This document shows positions 39,404-49,531 of a DNA stretch of 64,000 nucleotides, piece after piece. Origin of the DNA: Polaromonas sp. GTDB taxonomy: Bacteria > Pseudomonadota > Gammaproteobacteria > Burkholderiales > Burkholderiaceae_C. The notes beneath the pieces were generated by a model. That model ran no database searches, had not been told where the DNA came from, and saw nothing but the letters and a program-made list of their open reading frames with translations. The stretch is from assembly GCF_039930745.1 (NCBI RefSeq), contig NZ_JBDTTH010000005.1, positions 29,385 through 93,384 on the forward strand, given 5' to 3'. Each line of letters opens with the position of its first letter. Position 1 is the stretch's first letter. Both the position numbers and the translations under genes were made by a program.

Positions 39404-40366
39404 ATGAAGTTTTCCATCATCATTCCTCTTTACAACAAAGCGTCCTATATCGCAGGCACACTGAACTCGGCACTGGCGCAGACCTTTACGGATTTTGAGG
39501 TCATCGTGATTGACGATGGCTCCACCGATTGCGGCCCCGATCTGGTTGCTGCCGTGGACGATCCACGCGTGCGCCTGGTACGCCAGGCCAACGCCGGCGT
39601 TTCTGCCGCGCGCAACCGCGGGATCGAGCTGGCTAAAGGTGAATGGGTGGCATTTCTCGATGCGGATGACTGGCACCATCCGGACTATCTGGCTACCCTT
39701 GTGGCCACTCAAGCCCTTCACCCGGAAGCAGACACCGTAGCCTCCGGGTTTGTGTTTATCCCGGACAGCCCGGACCGCTGGCCACCCCGCTGGCCGGAAT
39801 ACGCCAACCCGCCGGACGTGGAACTCATCACGGATTTACCGGTGCGATGGATGAGAGGCCCATCACTGTGCACCAGCGCAGTCTCTTCGCGAACCGCACG
39901 GCTGCGGCAAATGCAACCCTGTTTTCCGCCCGGGGAGTCGCAAGGCGAAGACCTCGACCTCTGGTTTCGGCTGGCAGAGCAAACTCCGATTGCGCTGGTT
40001 CGTGCTCCGCTAATGGCCTACCGTGTGGCAGCAGAAGGCAGTTTGAGCACCACTCATATCGCTTCGACCATTCCACCGTTTTTGCAGCGCTTGCGCTTTC
40101 GTGCCATTTCCGGAGCCATGAGCCCCTCACTGCGCGGATCAAGCCTGTGGCTGGCAGCACAACACGATGTGACGCTGGCACGCCAGGCCGTGGCTTCAGG
40201 CAACCGGCTCGAGGCGCTGCGCTGCCTGTATCGGGGCCGTCGCGCCATCAACAGCGGACGCTGGTGGTTGACAGCCGTCATTGCGCTGCTTTTACCCGGC
40301 CAGACGATCCAGAACTGGGAACTCTGGCGCATGCGCAGGACAGCCACCCCGCCCGATGCGAGATAA
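39404..40366 (+). CDS. Glycosyltransferase family 2
   Basis: SIIIPLYNK, VIDDGSTD, NAGVSAARNRG, FLDADD, GEDLDLW. Confidence 0.92.
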   Translation: MKFSIIIPLYNKASYIAGTLNSALAQTFTDFEVIVIDDGSTDCGPDLVAAVDDPRVRLVRQANAGVSAARNRGIELAKGEWVAFLDADDWHHPDYLATLVATQALHPEADTVASGFVFIPDSPDRWPPRWPEYANPPDVELITDLPVRWMRGPSLCTSAVSSRTARLRQMQPCFPPGESQGEDLDLWFRLAEQTPIALVRAPLMAYRVAAEGSLSTTHIASTIPPFLQRLRFRAISGAMSPSLRGSSLWLAAQHDVTLARQAVASGNRLEALRCLYRGRRAINSGRWWLTAVIALLLPGQTIQNWELWRMRRTATPPDAR

Positions 40367-40370
40367 AGAC

Positions 40371-41453
40371 ATGAAACCTGAAAACTTCTCCAGCCCTGGA
40401 CGAGCATCGCCACCACCTTGCCGCGTGTCGGTCATCATCAAGGCGTTAAATGAAGAAAAAAGCATAAGGTCAACCATAGAAAGTGCATTGCGCGCGGTCG
40501 CCCCCGTGGGCGGCGAAGTCATCCTTGCCGACTCCTGCTCCACAGACCGCACCGTGGAGCTGGCGAGCGATTACCCGATACGCATCGTGCAGCTGATGCA
40601 TCCCCACGAGCGTTGCTGCGGCGTCGGTCCTCAGCTGGGCTTCCAGCATTCACGCGGCGAGTTTGTCTACATTCTTGACGGTGACATGCAGATGCGGGAA
40701 GGCTTCCTGGAGCAAGCCATGGACTTTATGGCCGGGTATCCGGAAGTCGCAGGTGTCGGCGGCCATGTGGTCGAAGGCAACACCGAGAGTCTGGAATACC
40801 GCGCGCGCGCGGAACGTAGCCCGGCCCACCGGGCGCCCGGCCGCGTTGATCGTCTCGACGGGGGCGGCTTCTACAGACGCGCTGCCATCGAGGCTGCAGG
40901 CTACTTTTCAGACCGCAACCTTCACAGCTATGAAGAATTTGACCTGGCAGTGCGGCTGCGCACGCTGGGCTGGCAGCTATGGCGCCTGCCAGTCGAGGCA
41001 GCCGACCACTTTGGCCACGACGCTCCTCCCTATCAACTGCTGTTGCAGCGCTGGCGCAGCCGCTACATCTGCGGCTTGGGTGAACTGGTTCGCGCCGCCG
41101 CCGGCCAGCCACGCATGCGCCTGGTGTTGCAGGGTCTGAACGAACTGCGCCTCTACCTGGCGGTACTGCTGTGGTGGGCTCTGCTTGCCAGCGTCCCCTT
41201 CTGGCCCCTGCCCGGGTTGCCGCGCCTGGCTTGCTTCGGCCTGCTCGTTGCGGCACCCGTGATGCTGATGGCCTGGAAAAAACGCTCGCTGACCAAAGCA
41301 CTGTACTCGGTGGTGTCGTGGTGCTTCAATGCTGCCGGACTCCTGCGTGGACTGGTGCAACCACAACGCCCTGCGCGAGAAGCCATTTCCAGCCGCATTC
41401 TCCGGGAACCCATGGGTCCTTTCTCACAAACGGTCCGGGGCGGCGTTCGCTAG
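40371..41453 (+). CDS. Glycosyltransferase family 2 with C-terminal TMs
   Basis: VSVIIKALNEE, LADSCSTD, ILDGDM, SYEEFDL. Confidence 0.88.
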   Translation: MKPENFSSPGRASPPPCRVSVIIKALNEEKSIRSTIESALRAVAPVGGEVILADSCSTDRTVELASDYPIRIVQLMHPHERCCGVGPQLGFQHSRGEFVYILDGDMQMREGFLEQAMDFMAGYPEVAGVGGHVVEGNTESLEYRARAERSPAHRAPGRVDRLDGGGFYRRAAIEAAGYFSDRNLHSYEEFDLAVRLRTLGWQLWRLPVEAADHFGHDAPPYQLLLQRWRSRYICGLGELVRAAAGQPRMRLVLQGLNELRLYLAVLLWWALLASVPFWPLPGLPRLACFGLLVAAPVMLMAWKKRSLTKALYSVVSWCFNAAGLLRGLVQPQRPAREAISSRILREPMGPFSQTVRGGVR

Positions 41454-41511
41454 TGTCCTGTCCTGTTCAGGCCGCAGCCGCTCTCCTCCTGTTTGCATTC
41501 CGGAAATAACC

Positions 41512-42690
41512 ATGCCAGCAAATCAATCCATGTTCCCCCCAGCCGCGCCGATGCGTAGCGGCAACTACATCTACATCGCCTGTCCCTGGACTCCCAAAGG
41601 GGGCGGAATGTTCAAGGTGGCGGACTACCTCATCCAGGCGCAAGCCTTCAATCCACCGCCCGGTACCGCCGAACTGCGGCCGCTGGACACCCGCGGCGGT
41701 GCCAATGCGCTGTCTTCCTCCTGGTTCCTTGCTGCGGCCCTGGGGAAAATCGTGCGCGGAAGGCTCAATGGGCGGTTGGCCGGGGTGCACGTGAATATGG
41801 CGGAACGATTGAGCTTCTTCAGAAAAGCCGCGGTCATCGCCCTGTGCCGTCTCCTCGGTGTACCGGTGGTGCTGCATTTGCACGCGGCACAGCTGCACCA
41901 CGCCTACCGGGCCTGGCCGCGACCGCTGCAGGCCCTGGCACGCTGGATTTTCTCCCTGCCCTCCTGCTGTGTGGTACTGGGCAGCGCGGCACGGCGCTTT
42001 GTCTGCGAGGAACTCAAGGTCCCTGCCAGCCGCATCGAAATTGTCATCAACGGTGTTCCGGAGCCTACCGAGACGCGGCGCGATGCGGCGGCACAAGACG
42101 TGCAGCGCATCCTGTTTGTCGGCAATCTGACAGAACGCAAAGGCGTGTCCGATCTCTTACACGCCATGGCTGTGCCCGGCTTCGATCCTGCCCGGCTGGA
42201 AGTGACGTTCGCTGGTGGCGGCGATGTCGGTAGCTACCAGGAGAAGGCGCGAGAACTGGGCCTAGACAGCTTTGTCCGCTTTGCGGGATGGTCAGACCAG
42301 CAGCAAGTGTCGCGCCTGATGGCGCGCGCCGATGTGCTGGTGCTTGCCTCCTATGACGAGGGCCTGCCCCTGGTCATCCTGGAAGCCATGGCCAACAGCG
42401 TGGCCGTTGTCTGCAGCCCGGTCGGGGAAATCCCTTTCGTTCTGACTGACGGCGTCAACGCCTGCTTCGTCCAACCCGGCGACGTAGCCGGGCTTGCTGC
42501 GGCCCTGCAGCGGGTGCTGCGGGAGCCTGCGCTGAGGGAATCCCTTGAGCGCAATGGGCGCGCACTGTATGACCTGCAGTTTTCACTGAGGCGCTTTTCC
42601 GCCAGCATTGCGCACATCCATCGGCGCCATTTCGGCATCGCGGGCCAGCCGCTGGAAAACAGCACACCGATCGAGGAGGCCTCATTTTGA
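41512..42690 (+). CDS. Glycosyltransferase family 4
   Basis: VIINGV, FVGNLTERKG, SYDEGLPLVILEAMA (EX7E). Confidence 0.9.
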   Translation: MPANQSMFPPAAPMRSGNYIYIACPWTPKGGGMFKVADYLIQAQAFNPPPGTAELRPLDTRGGANALSSSWFLAAALGKIVRGRLNGRLAGVHVNMAERLSFFRKAAVIALCRLLGVPVVLHLHAAQLHHAYRAWPRPLQALARWIFSLPSCCVVLGSAARRFVCEELKVPASRIEIVINGVPEPTETRRDAAAQDVQRILFVGNLTERKGVSDLLHAMAVPGFDPARLEVTFAGGGDVGSYQEKARELGLDSFVRFAGWSDQQQVSRLMARADVLVLASYDEGLPLVILEAMANSVAVVCSPVGEIPFVLTDGVNACFVQPGDVAGLAAALQRVLREPALRESLERNGRALYDLQFSLRRFSASIAHIHRRHFGIAGQPLENSTPIEEASF

Positions 42691-44378
42691 TTTCCAGTGC
42701 CAACAGCATCCCCCACGGCGCATGCCTCCAGGCCGACGTCTGCGTTGTGGGTGGCGGGCCAGCCGGCATCGCGCTCACGCTGGCCCTCTCGGCAAAAGGA
42801 TTTTCGGTGCTGATGCTGGAGTCCGGATTCTTGAAGGCAGATGAAAAAACCCAGTCCCTCTATGAGGGAGAGATCGCCGACAAACGCCTGCACAGCCCAC
42901 CGGACAAGTACCGGCAGCGGCGCCTGGGTGGTTCGACAGCCATCTGGGGCGGACGCTGCATGCCGTTTGACCCGATCGACTTTGAAAAACGCGACCACAT
43001 CCCCCACAGCGGCTGGCCGCTGTCGTACGAAGACCTGTTGCCCTACTACCCCGAGGCCAATGCCCTGGCGGAGGCCGGCCGCTTCAGCTACAACGCCGAG
43101 GAGGCGCTCGGTCCGGACGTGGCCCCGCTGATTCGCGGCTTTAGCAGCACGCGGGTCCGCACAAGCGGGCTTGAACGTTTCTCCTGTCCTACCCATTTCG
43201 GAACCCGTTATGCCAAGCGGCTGCAGCTGGCTGCCGGTGTGGAGGTTCTGCTCGGGGCCAACTGCACCGGCATCCGATTACAACCGGACGGCCGTGCCGT
43301 GCGCATGATCGAGGTGGCCACGCTGGCCGGCAAACGGTTTTCGGTGACGCCGCGCGCAGCAGTGCTGGCTGCAGGGGGCCTGGAAACTGCGCGCCTGCTG
43401 CTGGCTTCGCGCGATACAGCGCCTGCAGGCATAGGCAATCACCACGACGTGGTGGGCCGTTATTACATGTGCCACATTGCCGGGAATGTCGGCATGCTGA
43501 CGGTCCACGGCTCACCGGGTAGCGTGCGGCATGGGTACGAACTGGCGCCCGAAGGGGTTTATTGCCGGCGGCGCCTGTCAGTCACGGCTGGCGAGCAGCG
43601 GCACCTGGGTCTGGCAAATGCGGTCGGCCGCCTGCATTTCCCGCGTATCACCGACCCCGCGCACCGCAGCGGCGTGTTGTCCGGGCTGTTTCTGGCACGC
43701 AAGCTGATCAGCTACGAATACAGCAAGCGCTTGCACGATGGCAAAGCACCCACGCTGGGCACCTACGCACGCCACCTGCTCAATGTGGTGACCGACCCCA
43801 TCGACACCGCCGCATTTCTGGGTCATTGGGTAACCCACCGAACCCTCGCGAGCCGGAAATTCCCGTCAGTGATCCTGCGCAACCGTACCAACCGCTTCAG
43901 CCTGGAAATGCATGGGGAGCAACTGCCACAAGCCAGCAGCCGCGTCATGCTTACCGACAAGATGGATGCCCTCGGCATGCCGAAACTGCGGGTGGACTGG
44001 CGCTACAGCCAGGCCGATATCGAGTCAGTCCAGCGAACCCTGGACGTTTTCGTCCGGGAATTTGAACAAAGCGGCACCGCCCGCCTTGAATACAACCGTT
44101 CAACCCTGGAGGAGGACCTCATGCGTTTTGGGGCGTATGGAGGCCATCACATTGGCACCACACGTATGGGCAACGACGAGCGCACCAGTGTTGTTAATGC
44201 CGACTGCCAGGTCCATTCCGTGCACAATCTTTTCATAGCGGGCAGCGCGGTATTTCCCACCTCCAGCCAAGCCAATCCCACGCTCACGCTCATTGCCCTG
44301 TCGCTGAGGCTGGGCGACACCCTCTCGCGCAGGCTGCAGGCCAGGGAGCCCGCGGAACTCCTCGAGGTAGCTGCATGA
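42687..44378 (+). CDS. GMC-family FAD-dependent oxidoreductase
   Basis: VGGGPAGI, LGGSTAIWGG, LAAGGLETARLLL, HHIGTTRMG, FPTSSQANPTLT. Confidence 0.88.
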   Translation: MISSANSIPHGACLQADVCVVGGGPAGIALTLALSAKGFSVLMLESGFLKADEKTQSLYEGEIADKRLHSPPDKYRQRRLGGSTAIWGGRCMPFDPIDFEKRDHIPHSGWPLSYEDLLPYYPEANALAEAGRFSYNAEEALGPDVAPLIRGFSSTRVRTSGLERFSCPTHFGTRYAKRLQLAAGVEVLLGANCTGIRLQPDGRAVRMIEVATLAGKRFSVTPRAAVLAAGGLETARLLLASRDTAPAGIGNHHDVVGRYYMCHIAGNVGMLTVHGSPGSVRHGYELAPEGVYCRRRLSVTAGEQRHLGLANAVGRLHFPRITDPAHRSGVLSGLFLARKLISYEYSKRLHDGKAPTLGTYARHLLNVVTDPIDTAAFLGHWVTHRTLASRKFPSVILRNRTNRFSLEMHGEQLPQASSRVMLTDKMDALGMPKLRVDWRYSQADIESVQRTLDVFVREFEQSGTARLEYNRSTLEEDLMRFGAYGGHHIGTTRMGNDERTSVVNADCQVHSVHNLFIAGSAVFPTSSQANPTLTLIALSLRLGDTLSRRLQAREPAELLEVAA

Positions 44379-45391
44379 GGGTACTGGTACTGGGTGCCAC
44401 CGGGCACATCGGCCGCCGGATGATGGAAGTGCTCCGGGCCACAAGTTGGTCGGCGCCCGTGGGCGCGTCACGCAGCCAGGTGAGCGCTGTCTCCTCCCCT
44501 GACGCCATGACCCTGGACACGCGCAATGTTCCAGCCTTGACTTCGGTGCTTAAGCGCTTTGATGCCGTGGTCAATTGCGTCGCCGGTGATGCCGCCTCCA
44601 TTTCTGGAGGTGCTGAAGCACTCGTGCAAGCGGGCTTGGCCGGCGGCTGTCCGCGGATCATTCACTTGAGCACCATGTCGGTTTACGGACCGGCGGAAGG
44701 CGAGCTTCGTGAAGACGCAGCGCTCGATCCGGCTCTGGGATGGTACGGTCGCGCCAAGTGTGAGGCCGAAGCGCATTTAGCGGCTTATGCACGCCAGGGC
44801 GGTGAGGCGGTGATCCTGCGGCCTGGTTGCGTTTTCGGGCCGGGCAGCGAACTCTGGGTGGGACGTACAGGACGCTGGCTGCATTCCGGACGCCTGGGCG
44901 ATCTGGGTGCCGCAGGCGATGGCTGGTCAAACCTGGTTCATGTGGATGACGTTTGCCAGGCGTTGGTGGCTGCATTGCGGCTGCCCGTCGCACCGGGACA
45001 ATCGCCCGCCTTTAACCTGGCAGCCCCCGACAGCCCGCGCTGGAACGACTTCTTCGTGGATCTGGCGCTTGCGCTGGACGCCACGCCGGTAAGGCGTATT
45101 TCGCGGCGGCAGCTGCAGCTTGACGCCTGGCTGGCGGGGCCGCCACTCAAGCTGGCGCAGCTACTGCTCAAGCGTCTGGGAAAAGAACAAACCGCTCTAC
45201 CCAGTCCGATGCCACCGGGGTTGCTCCGGCTATGGACACAGCATATTCACCTCGATGCCAGCCTCGCCACGCAAACACTGGGCCTGACATGGACACCTTA
45301 TCCGGAAGGCCTGCAGAGTTCTGCGGCCTGGTTCTCCGGGAAGTACAGCTCCTCCGGGAAAATGATGGGTAAACCGCTGTGGATGCATTGA
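44375..45391 (+). CDS. NAD-dependent epimerase/dehydratase
   Basis: VLGATGHIG, HLSTMSVYG, YGRAK (YxxxK), LRPGCVFG. Confidence 0.85.
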   Translation: MRVLVLGATGHIGRRMMEVLRATSWSAPVGASRSQVSAVSSPDAMTLDTRNVPALTSVLKRFDAVVNCVAGDAASISGGAEALVQAGLAGGCPRIIHLSTMSVYGPAEGELREDAALDPALGWYGRAKCEAEAHLAAYARQGGEAVILRPGCVFGPGSELWVGRTGRWLHSGRLGDLGAAGDGWSNLVHVDDVCQALVAALRLPVAPGQSPAFNLAAPDSPRWNDFFVDLALALDATPVRRISRRQLQLDAWLAGPPLKLAQLLLKRLGKEQTALPSPMPPGLLRLWTQHIHLDASLATQTLGLTWTPYPEGLQSSAAWFSGKYSSSGKMMGKPLWMH

Positions 45392-45996
45392 AAGCAGATA
45401 CCTACCGCGAGTTTGGACGCTTCAGCTGGTGGCTGGTGGTCAAGGGCTTCTTCTTGCGCGAGGCGTATCGCGTCGTGGTCACTCTGCGCTGGTGCCAGGC
45501 TACGCGGCAACTCCCTTCGGCCGTTCGCTGGATCTTCTTCGTCCCCGCGCGCCTGTTGCACGGTCTTGCAAGTCAATGGGCTGGTATTGAACTCCCCTGG
45601 CGAACACCTGTTGCCGCTGGATTGGCATTGACCCATGGACGAGGCATTGTGGTCACGGCGGATGCGCGCATAGGCAGCAATGTGACCCTTTTTCACGGCG
45701 TTACCCTGGGGCGGCGCGATCAAATCGACAGTGAAGGACTTCGGTCCACCACCTATCCGGTCATTGAAGACGAGGTCTGGATCGGCCCGCACGCGATCGT
45801 GGTGGGCGGTGTGACGATCGGCAAAGGCAGTCGGATAGCCGGCGGCGCCTATGTTCTCGAGAGTATTCCGCCTCGCTGTGTCGTGATGGGCAACCCGGGG
45901 GAAATAGTCAAGAACGATTGCACACCCGATGTGGACAACCGCTGGGACCCGTCCTCCGACGCTTCGCCTTCTCGGCATCCTGCCGCTGCACCTTGA
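45379..45996 (+). CDS. Serine O-acetyltransferase-like hexapeptide-repeat acetyltransferase
   Basis: HGRGIVV, IGSNVTLFHGVTLG, PVIEDEVWIGPHA, GNPG. Confidence 0.82.
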   Translation: MDALKADTYREFGRFSWWLVVKGFFLREAYRVVVTLRWCQATRQLPSAVRWIFFVPARLLHGLASQWAGIELPWRTPVAAGLALTHGRGIVVTADARIGSNVTLFHGVTLGRRDQIDSEGLRSTTYPVIEDEVWIGPHAIVVGGVTIGKGSRIAGGAYVLESIPPRCVVMGNPGEIVKNDCTPDVDNRWDPSSDASPSRHPAAAP

Positions 45997-46032
45997 TCCC
46001 CCGACGCAAAACACGGGGCTTCAGGACAGGGC

Positions 46033-46800
46033 TCAAGCACGGCGCACGGACGCCAGGCGCAGGGCTCGTGTCAGGAAAAGAGGGTTGCCGATCACATAAC
46101 GCTGAAACAGGCGGCGCGGTTCCAACGCCAGCCTGAAGACCCATTCCAGCCCCTTGCGGCGCATCCACACCGGGGCGCGAGGCGTCTTGCCACCCAGAAA
46201 ATCAATGATGGCACCACCGCAAACAATCAGACAAGGAAAAGTCAGCACCGAACGCAAGGCAGCAGCCACCTCCTCCTGCCGCGGCATGCCCATGCCGAGA
46301 ACGATCAGGGCAGGCTGGTGCAGAAGGGCAAGACCTGCATAAACGCCGGTATCATGAAAACCATGGGCACTGACAAAACGGCTGTTGGGGGCAAACTCCC
46401 GCGCACCCAGCTGCAAGGCGCGTTGCAGATAGGGTTCCTCCGTTCCATAAAAAGCAATGCAACGTCCGTCGAACTGCCTGAGCAGTTGGGGGATCAGATC
46501 GGTTCCATTGAGATTGAGCCCGGGCTGCAGACGCAGCAGCTTGAACAGCGTGGCCATGCCCGAACCGTCCCGGAGCACCATGTCTGCCGAACGCAGGGCC
46601 TCAAAAAATGGTGCCGAGTTCGCCAGCGAATTCATGGCATGCGCGTTGGCGAAAGCCAGAACAAACGGACCATCAGGCTGACCCAGCCGGGCCAACAGTT
46701 GCTGCTCTTGCGTCGTGGTTTGCACGCGCTCAATTTTGTCAACGAGATAATCCCAGCGTTCCTGCCAGTCTGCACAGACGTCCGGACTACCGCGCATCAT
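46033..46800 (-). CDS. WecB/TagA/CpsF-family glycosyltransferase
   Basis: FANAH, LRDGSG, NLNGTDLIP, LGMGMPRQE, RAPVWMRRKGLEWVFRL. Confidence 0.9.
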   Translation of the reverse strand: MMRGSPDVCADWQERWDYLVDKIERVQTTTQEQQLLARLGQPDGPFVLAFANAHAMNSLANSAPFFEALRSADMVLRDGSGMATLFKLLRLQPGLNLNGTDLIPQLLRQFDGRCIAFYGTEEPYLQRALQLGAREFAPNSRFVSAHGFHDTGVYAGLALLHQPALIVLGMGMPRQEEVAAALRSVLTFPCLIVCGGAIIDFLGGKTPRAPVWMRRKGLEWVFRLALEPRRLFQRYVIGNPLFLTRALRLASVRRA

Positions 46801-46847
46801 GTTGCAACCCTCGCGTTCGCAGCAGCGACACCAGGGGCGTGTTTCTG

Positions 46848-47249
46848 ATGGAAAGCCATGCACGCATCTCCTGTAGCCAGGCAGTGCGGAGAAGCGTCCG
46901 CTTGCTGGCCGCCATGACCGTAATTCTGGCCAGCGCGGGCCTGTATGTACTTGGCACCCAGGCTTTTGCCATGGGCCTGTTTCCCTCCCCTTGGGACAAA
47001 CTGGCGCATGTGATTACCTTTGCGTGGATAGGTGGGGCCTTCGGCCTGGCGACCGGCAAGCGTGGATGGCCCAGGGTTTTTTATTGCATCGCAGGCGCCC
47101 TCCTGATTGGCATCACGGACGAGTGGCACCAAGCCTATCTGCCCGGCCGGACGGCCAGCTGGAGCGACCTCCTCGCCGACGCCGCAGGCGGAGCGCTTGC
47201 CGCGGCCGCGCTCAGTTGGCGGCACTGGCTGATCCAGAGGCGAATTTGA
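46848..47249 (+). CDS. VanZ-family membrane protein
   Basis: WDKLAH, DEWHQAYLPGRTASWSDLLAD. Confidence 0.85.
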   Translation: MESHARISCSQAVRRSVRLLAAMTVILASAGLYVLGTQAFAMGLFPSPWDKLAHVITFAWIGGAFGLATGKRGWPRVFYCIAGALLIGITDEWHQAYLPGRTASWSDLLADAAGGALAAAALSWRHWLIQRRI

Positions 47250-48144
47250 CATCGTTAAGGACCGAACCGACCAGGGCGACACCAAACTCCCGCAGGCCGT
47301 TCGTGAACCGGGCCAGCTGCGGCACAGAGCTCCTGTCTTGCCGAGCGACCACCAGCGCAGCGCCGGCACGCACCGCCACCGTGTGGGCATCCGCGCACTT
47401 GCTGGCAGGCGGCGTGTCGATGATGATGACACTGAAATCCTCGCCCAGGGACTGCAGAAGCTTGGAAAAATCCTGGCGACCGAGCAGCTCCTGCGGATTC
47501 GGAGGAATGGCGCCGGCAGGCAGCACCGACAGGTCCTGCAGGGTTTCAATACCAACTACCGCCTCGAGGCCGGCACGGCCCGCCAGCATGTCCGACAGCC
47601 CCGCTGTTCTGCCAAGATTGAAAAGGTGATGCTGGCGCGGCGCGCGCATGTCGGCATCAACAAGCAGGGTGCGCTCCCCCAATTGCGAAAAAACAATGGC
47701 GAGGTTGGCGGCAATATAACTTCGCCCGTCTCCGGCTCCCGCGCTGACGATGGCCAGTCCCCTTCGGTCTGCACCGGTGTCGAACCAGCGCAGCATCAAC
47801 TGGCTGCGCAACTCACGCAGTTGTTCCACAGGACGGCTGCCGGGCTGGTAGGCTGCAACCAGCTCCCGGCTCAGGGTGCTGCCTCGGGCCAGGTACGGGT
47901 AGCCAAACTGGATGGACAAGGCATAACGAACATCGTCATCGCTTATCAGCCGAAGGGCAATGCCGGCATCGCCGAAACGCACGCCTCGTTCGCGCTGGAA
48001 ATCCAGGATGCGCTGGGCATCAGGTGGTGAAAGTCTTCCTGAGTCAACCAGGATGGTGCCGATGGAACGCCCAGCGCCCGTGGCGGGTTTGCTGGGCACG
48101 GTCAGTGGCACTGACCTGATCGTCTGGGGCGGAGCTCTGTTCAT
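47212..48144 (-). CDS. epsG: Chain-length determinant tyrosine kinase, EpsG type
   Basis: N-terminal SIGTILVDSGRL...FGDAGIAL; EQLRELRSQL; GDGRSYIAANLA; LVDADMR; IIDTPP. Confidence 0.85.
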   Translation of the reverse strand: MNRAPPQTIRSVPLTVPSKPATGAGRSIGTILVDSGRLSPPDAQRILDFQRERGVRFGDAGIALRLISDDDVRYALSIQFGYPYLARGSTLSRELVAAYQPGSRPVEQLRELRSQLMLRWFDTGADRRGLAIVSAGAGDGRSYIAANLAIVFSQLGERTLLVDADMRAPRQHHLFNLGRTAGLSDMLAGRAGLEAVVGIETLQDLSVLPAGAIPPNPQELLGRQDFSKLLQSLGEDFSVIIIDTPPASKCADAHTVAVRAGAALVVARQDRSSVPQLARFTNGLREFGVALVGSVLNDVKFASGSASAAN

Positions 48145-49529
48145 GTGGACCTTCCTAATGTGAGACGATGCGAGCCGGGCAACCGGGCTGTGCCTGCACT
48201 GGAAACAATGCTAGCCAGCACCGGTAAGTCCAGCATGTGTACCAGATCTTCGGTGGATCTCACCCGGCGGTTCATCAGTTCAAGCAATACGGCGCACGCA
48301 ATTCCCAGAAGGGTTCCGCCAAAAGCTGCAATCAGCAGATTGAGCAGCAGCTTCGGGCTGGACGGTGCAGAGGGCGGCGTCGCGGTGTTGAGGCGAACGG
48401 CATTGGTCTGGTTGGACAGGCTTTGCAAGCGGGTCTGCGATGCGCTCTGGGTCACCGTCTCATAGGCGCGTTGGGCCGACTCGACGTCGCGCCGGTACAC
48501 ATTCAGCTCATCGCGCTCCTTGTTCAGTTGCATGACACGTGCTTTCTGCGCTGCAAGCGCTCCCTGCAGCTCCCGTTCGCGGTCCTTGCCCACGCGGTAA
48601 GTCGTCTCGATCGAATTCGTGACACGCCCCACCTCGCTGGACAGGCGGCTGCGCAGGGAGGTCAGCTCGGCTTCGAGGCTTTGCCGCTCGGGATGATTCA
48701 CGCCGAGCCGCGACCTGGCTTCCTGGACCTTGGCTTCGAGCCGGGCAATGTCGGTTTTCAGGCCATTGATCAAGGGACTCTGCATGACCTCGGCGACAGT
48801 ATCGCCACGGGAATTGCGCTTGCTCTGGCTGTCTGTGGTTTCTCCCTGCACGGTCGTCAGCTGGGAGGATATTTCCGCCAGCTTGGTGGTTTCGTAGTCC
48901 ACACGTTCGTCGCTTGAAACAATGCCGGCCTTTTGCTGGTATTGCGACAGGCGGGCCTGGGCTTCTTCCAGCTTCGCGCGCGAGGCTTTGGTTTGCTCGT
49001 CAAACCACTCCGCATAAAGCCGTGCAGGTTCGGTTTTGAGCGCCAGGGTGATGTCCAGATAGGCCTGTGCAAAAGCATTGGCAGTTGCCGCCGCCAATTC
49101 AGGATCATTTCCTTTGTAGGTGATGTTGATCACATTGCTCTCCCGGGCGGGCCGCACATCCAGGCCTTGCTGCAAAGAGCCGGCGAGCCAGGCGTCGAGT
49201 TCTCCGCGGCCTTCGGTCGCTTCCTGCCACTTCTCCCTGATCCCCGGAGCCTGGTCCAGCTTCATCGCCTTGACAACCTGTCGGGCAACACGATCACCGC
49301 CAATGATGTCAACCTGGGTGGCCATGTAGCTCGGTGCAACCACACCGGGTACCGCTGTCCCCGCCAGCGGGTCCGGCGAGCGGATGTCGACCAGCACCGC
49401 GGTCTGTGCTGTGTATTTGGCCGGAAGCAGAAAACTGACCGCAAGCGCGGCCAGCACCGTGGCGACCAGAATGAACAAGGCCACCGGGTAACGCGCCCGT
49501 AATATCAAAAGGAATTGATGGAGTGTCAT
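48141..49529 (-). CDS. epsF: Chain-length determinant protein, EpsF type
   Basis: N-terminal TM, YMATQVDII, RESNVINITY, long coiled coil, C-terminal PSSPK plus TM. Confidence 0.88.
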   Translation of the reverse strand: MTLHQFLLILRARYPVALFILVATVLAALAVSFLLPAKYTAQTAVLVDIRSPDPLAGTAVPGVVAPSYMATQVDIIGGDRVARQVVKAMKLDQAPGIREKWQEATEGRGELDAWLAGSLQQGLDVRPARESNVINITYKGNDPELAAATANAFAQAYLDITLALKTEPARLYAEWFDEQTKASRAKLEEAQARLSQYQQKAGIVSSDERVDYETTKLAEISSQLTTVQGETTDSQSKRNSRGDTVAEVMQSPLINGLKTDIARLEAKVQEARSRLGVNHPERQSLEAELTSLRSRLSSEVGRVTNSIETTYRVGKDRERELQGALAAQKARVMQLNKERDELNVYRRDVESAQRAYETVTQSASQTRLQSLSNQTNAVRLNTATPPSAPSSPKLLLNLLIAAFGGTLLGIACAVLLELMNRRVRSTEDLVHMLDLPVLASIVSSAGTARLPGSHRLTLGRST

Positions 49530-49531
49530 GG

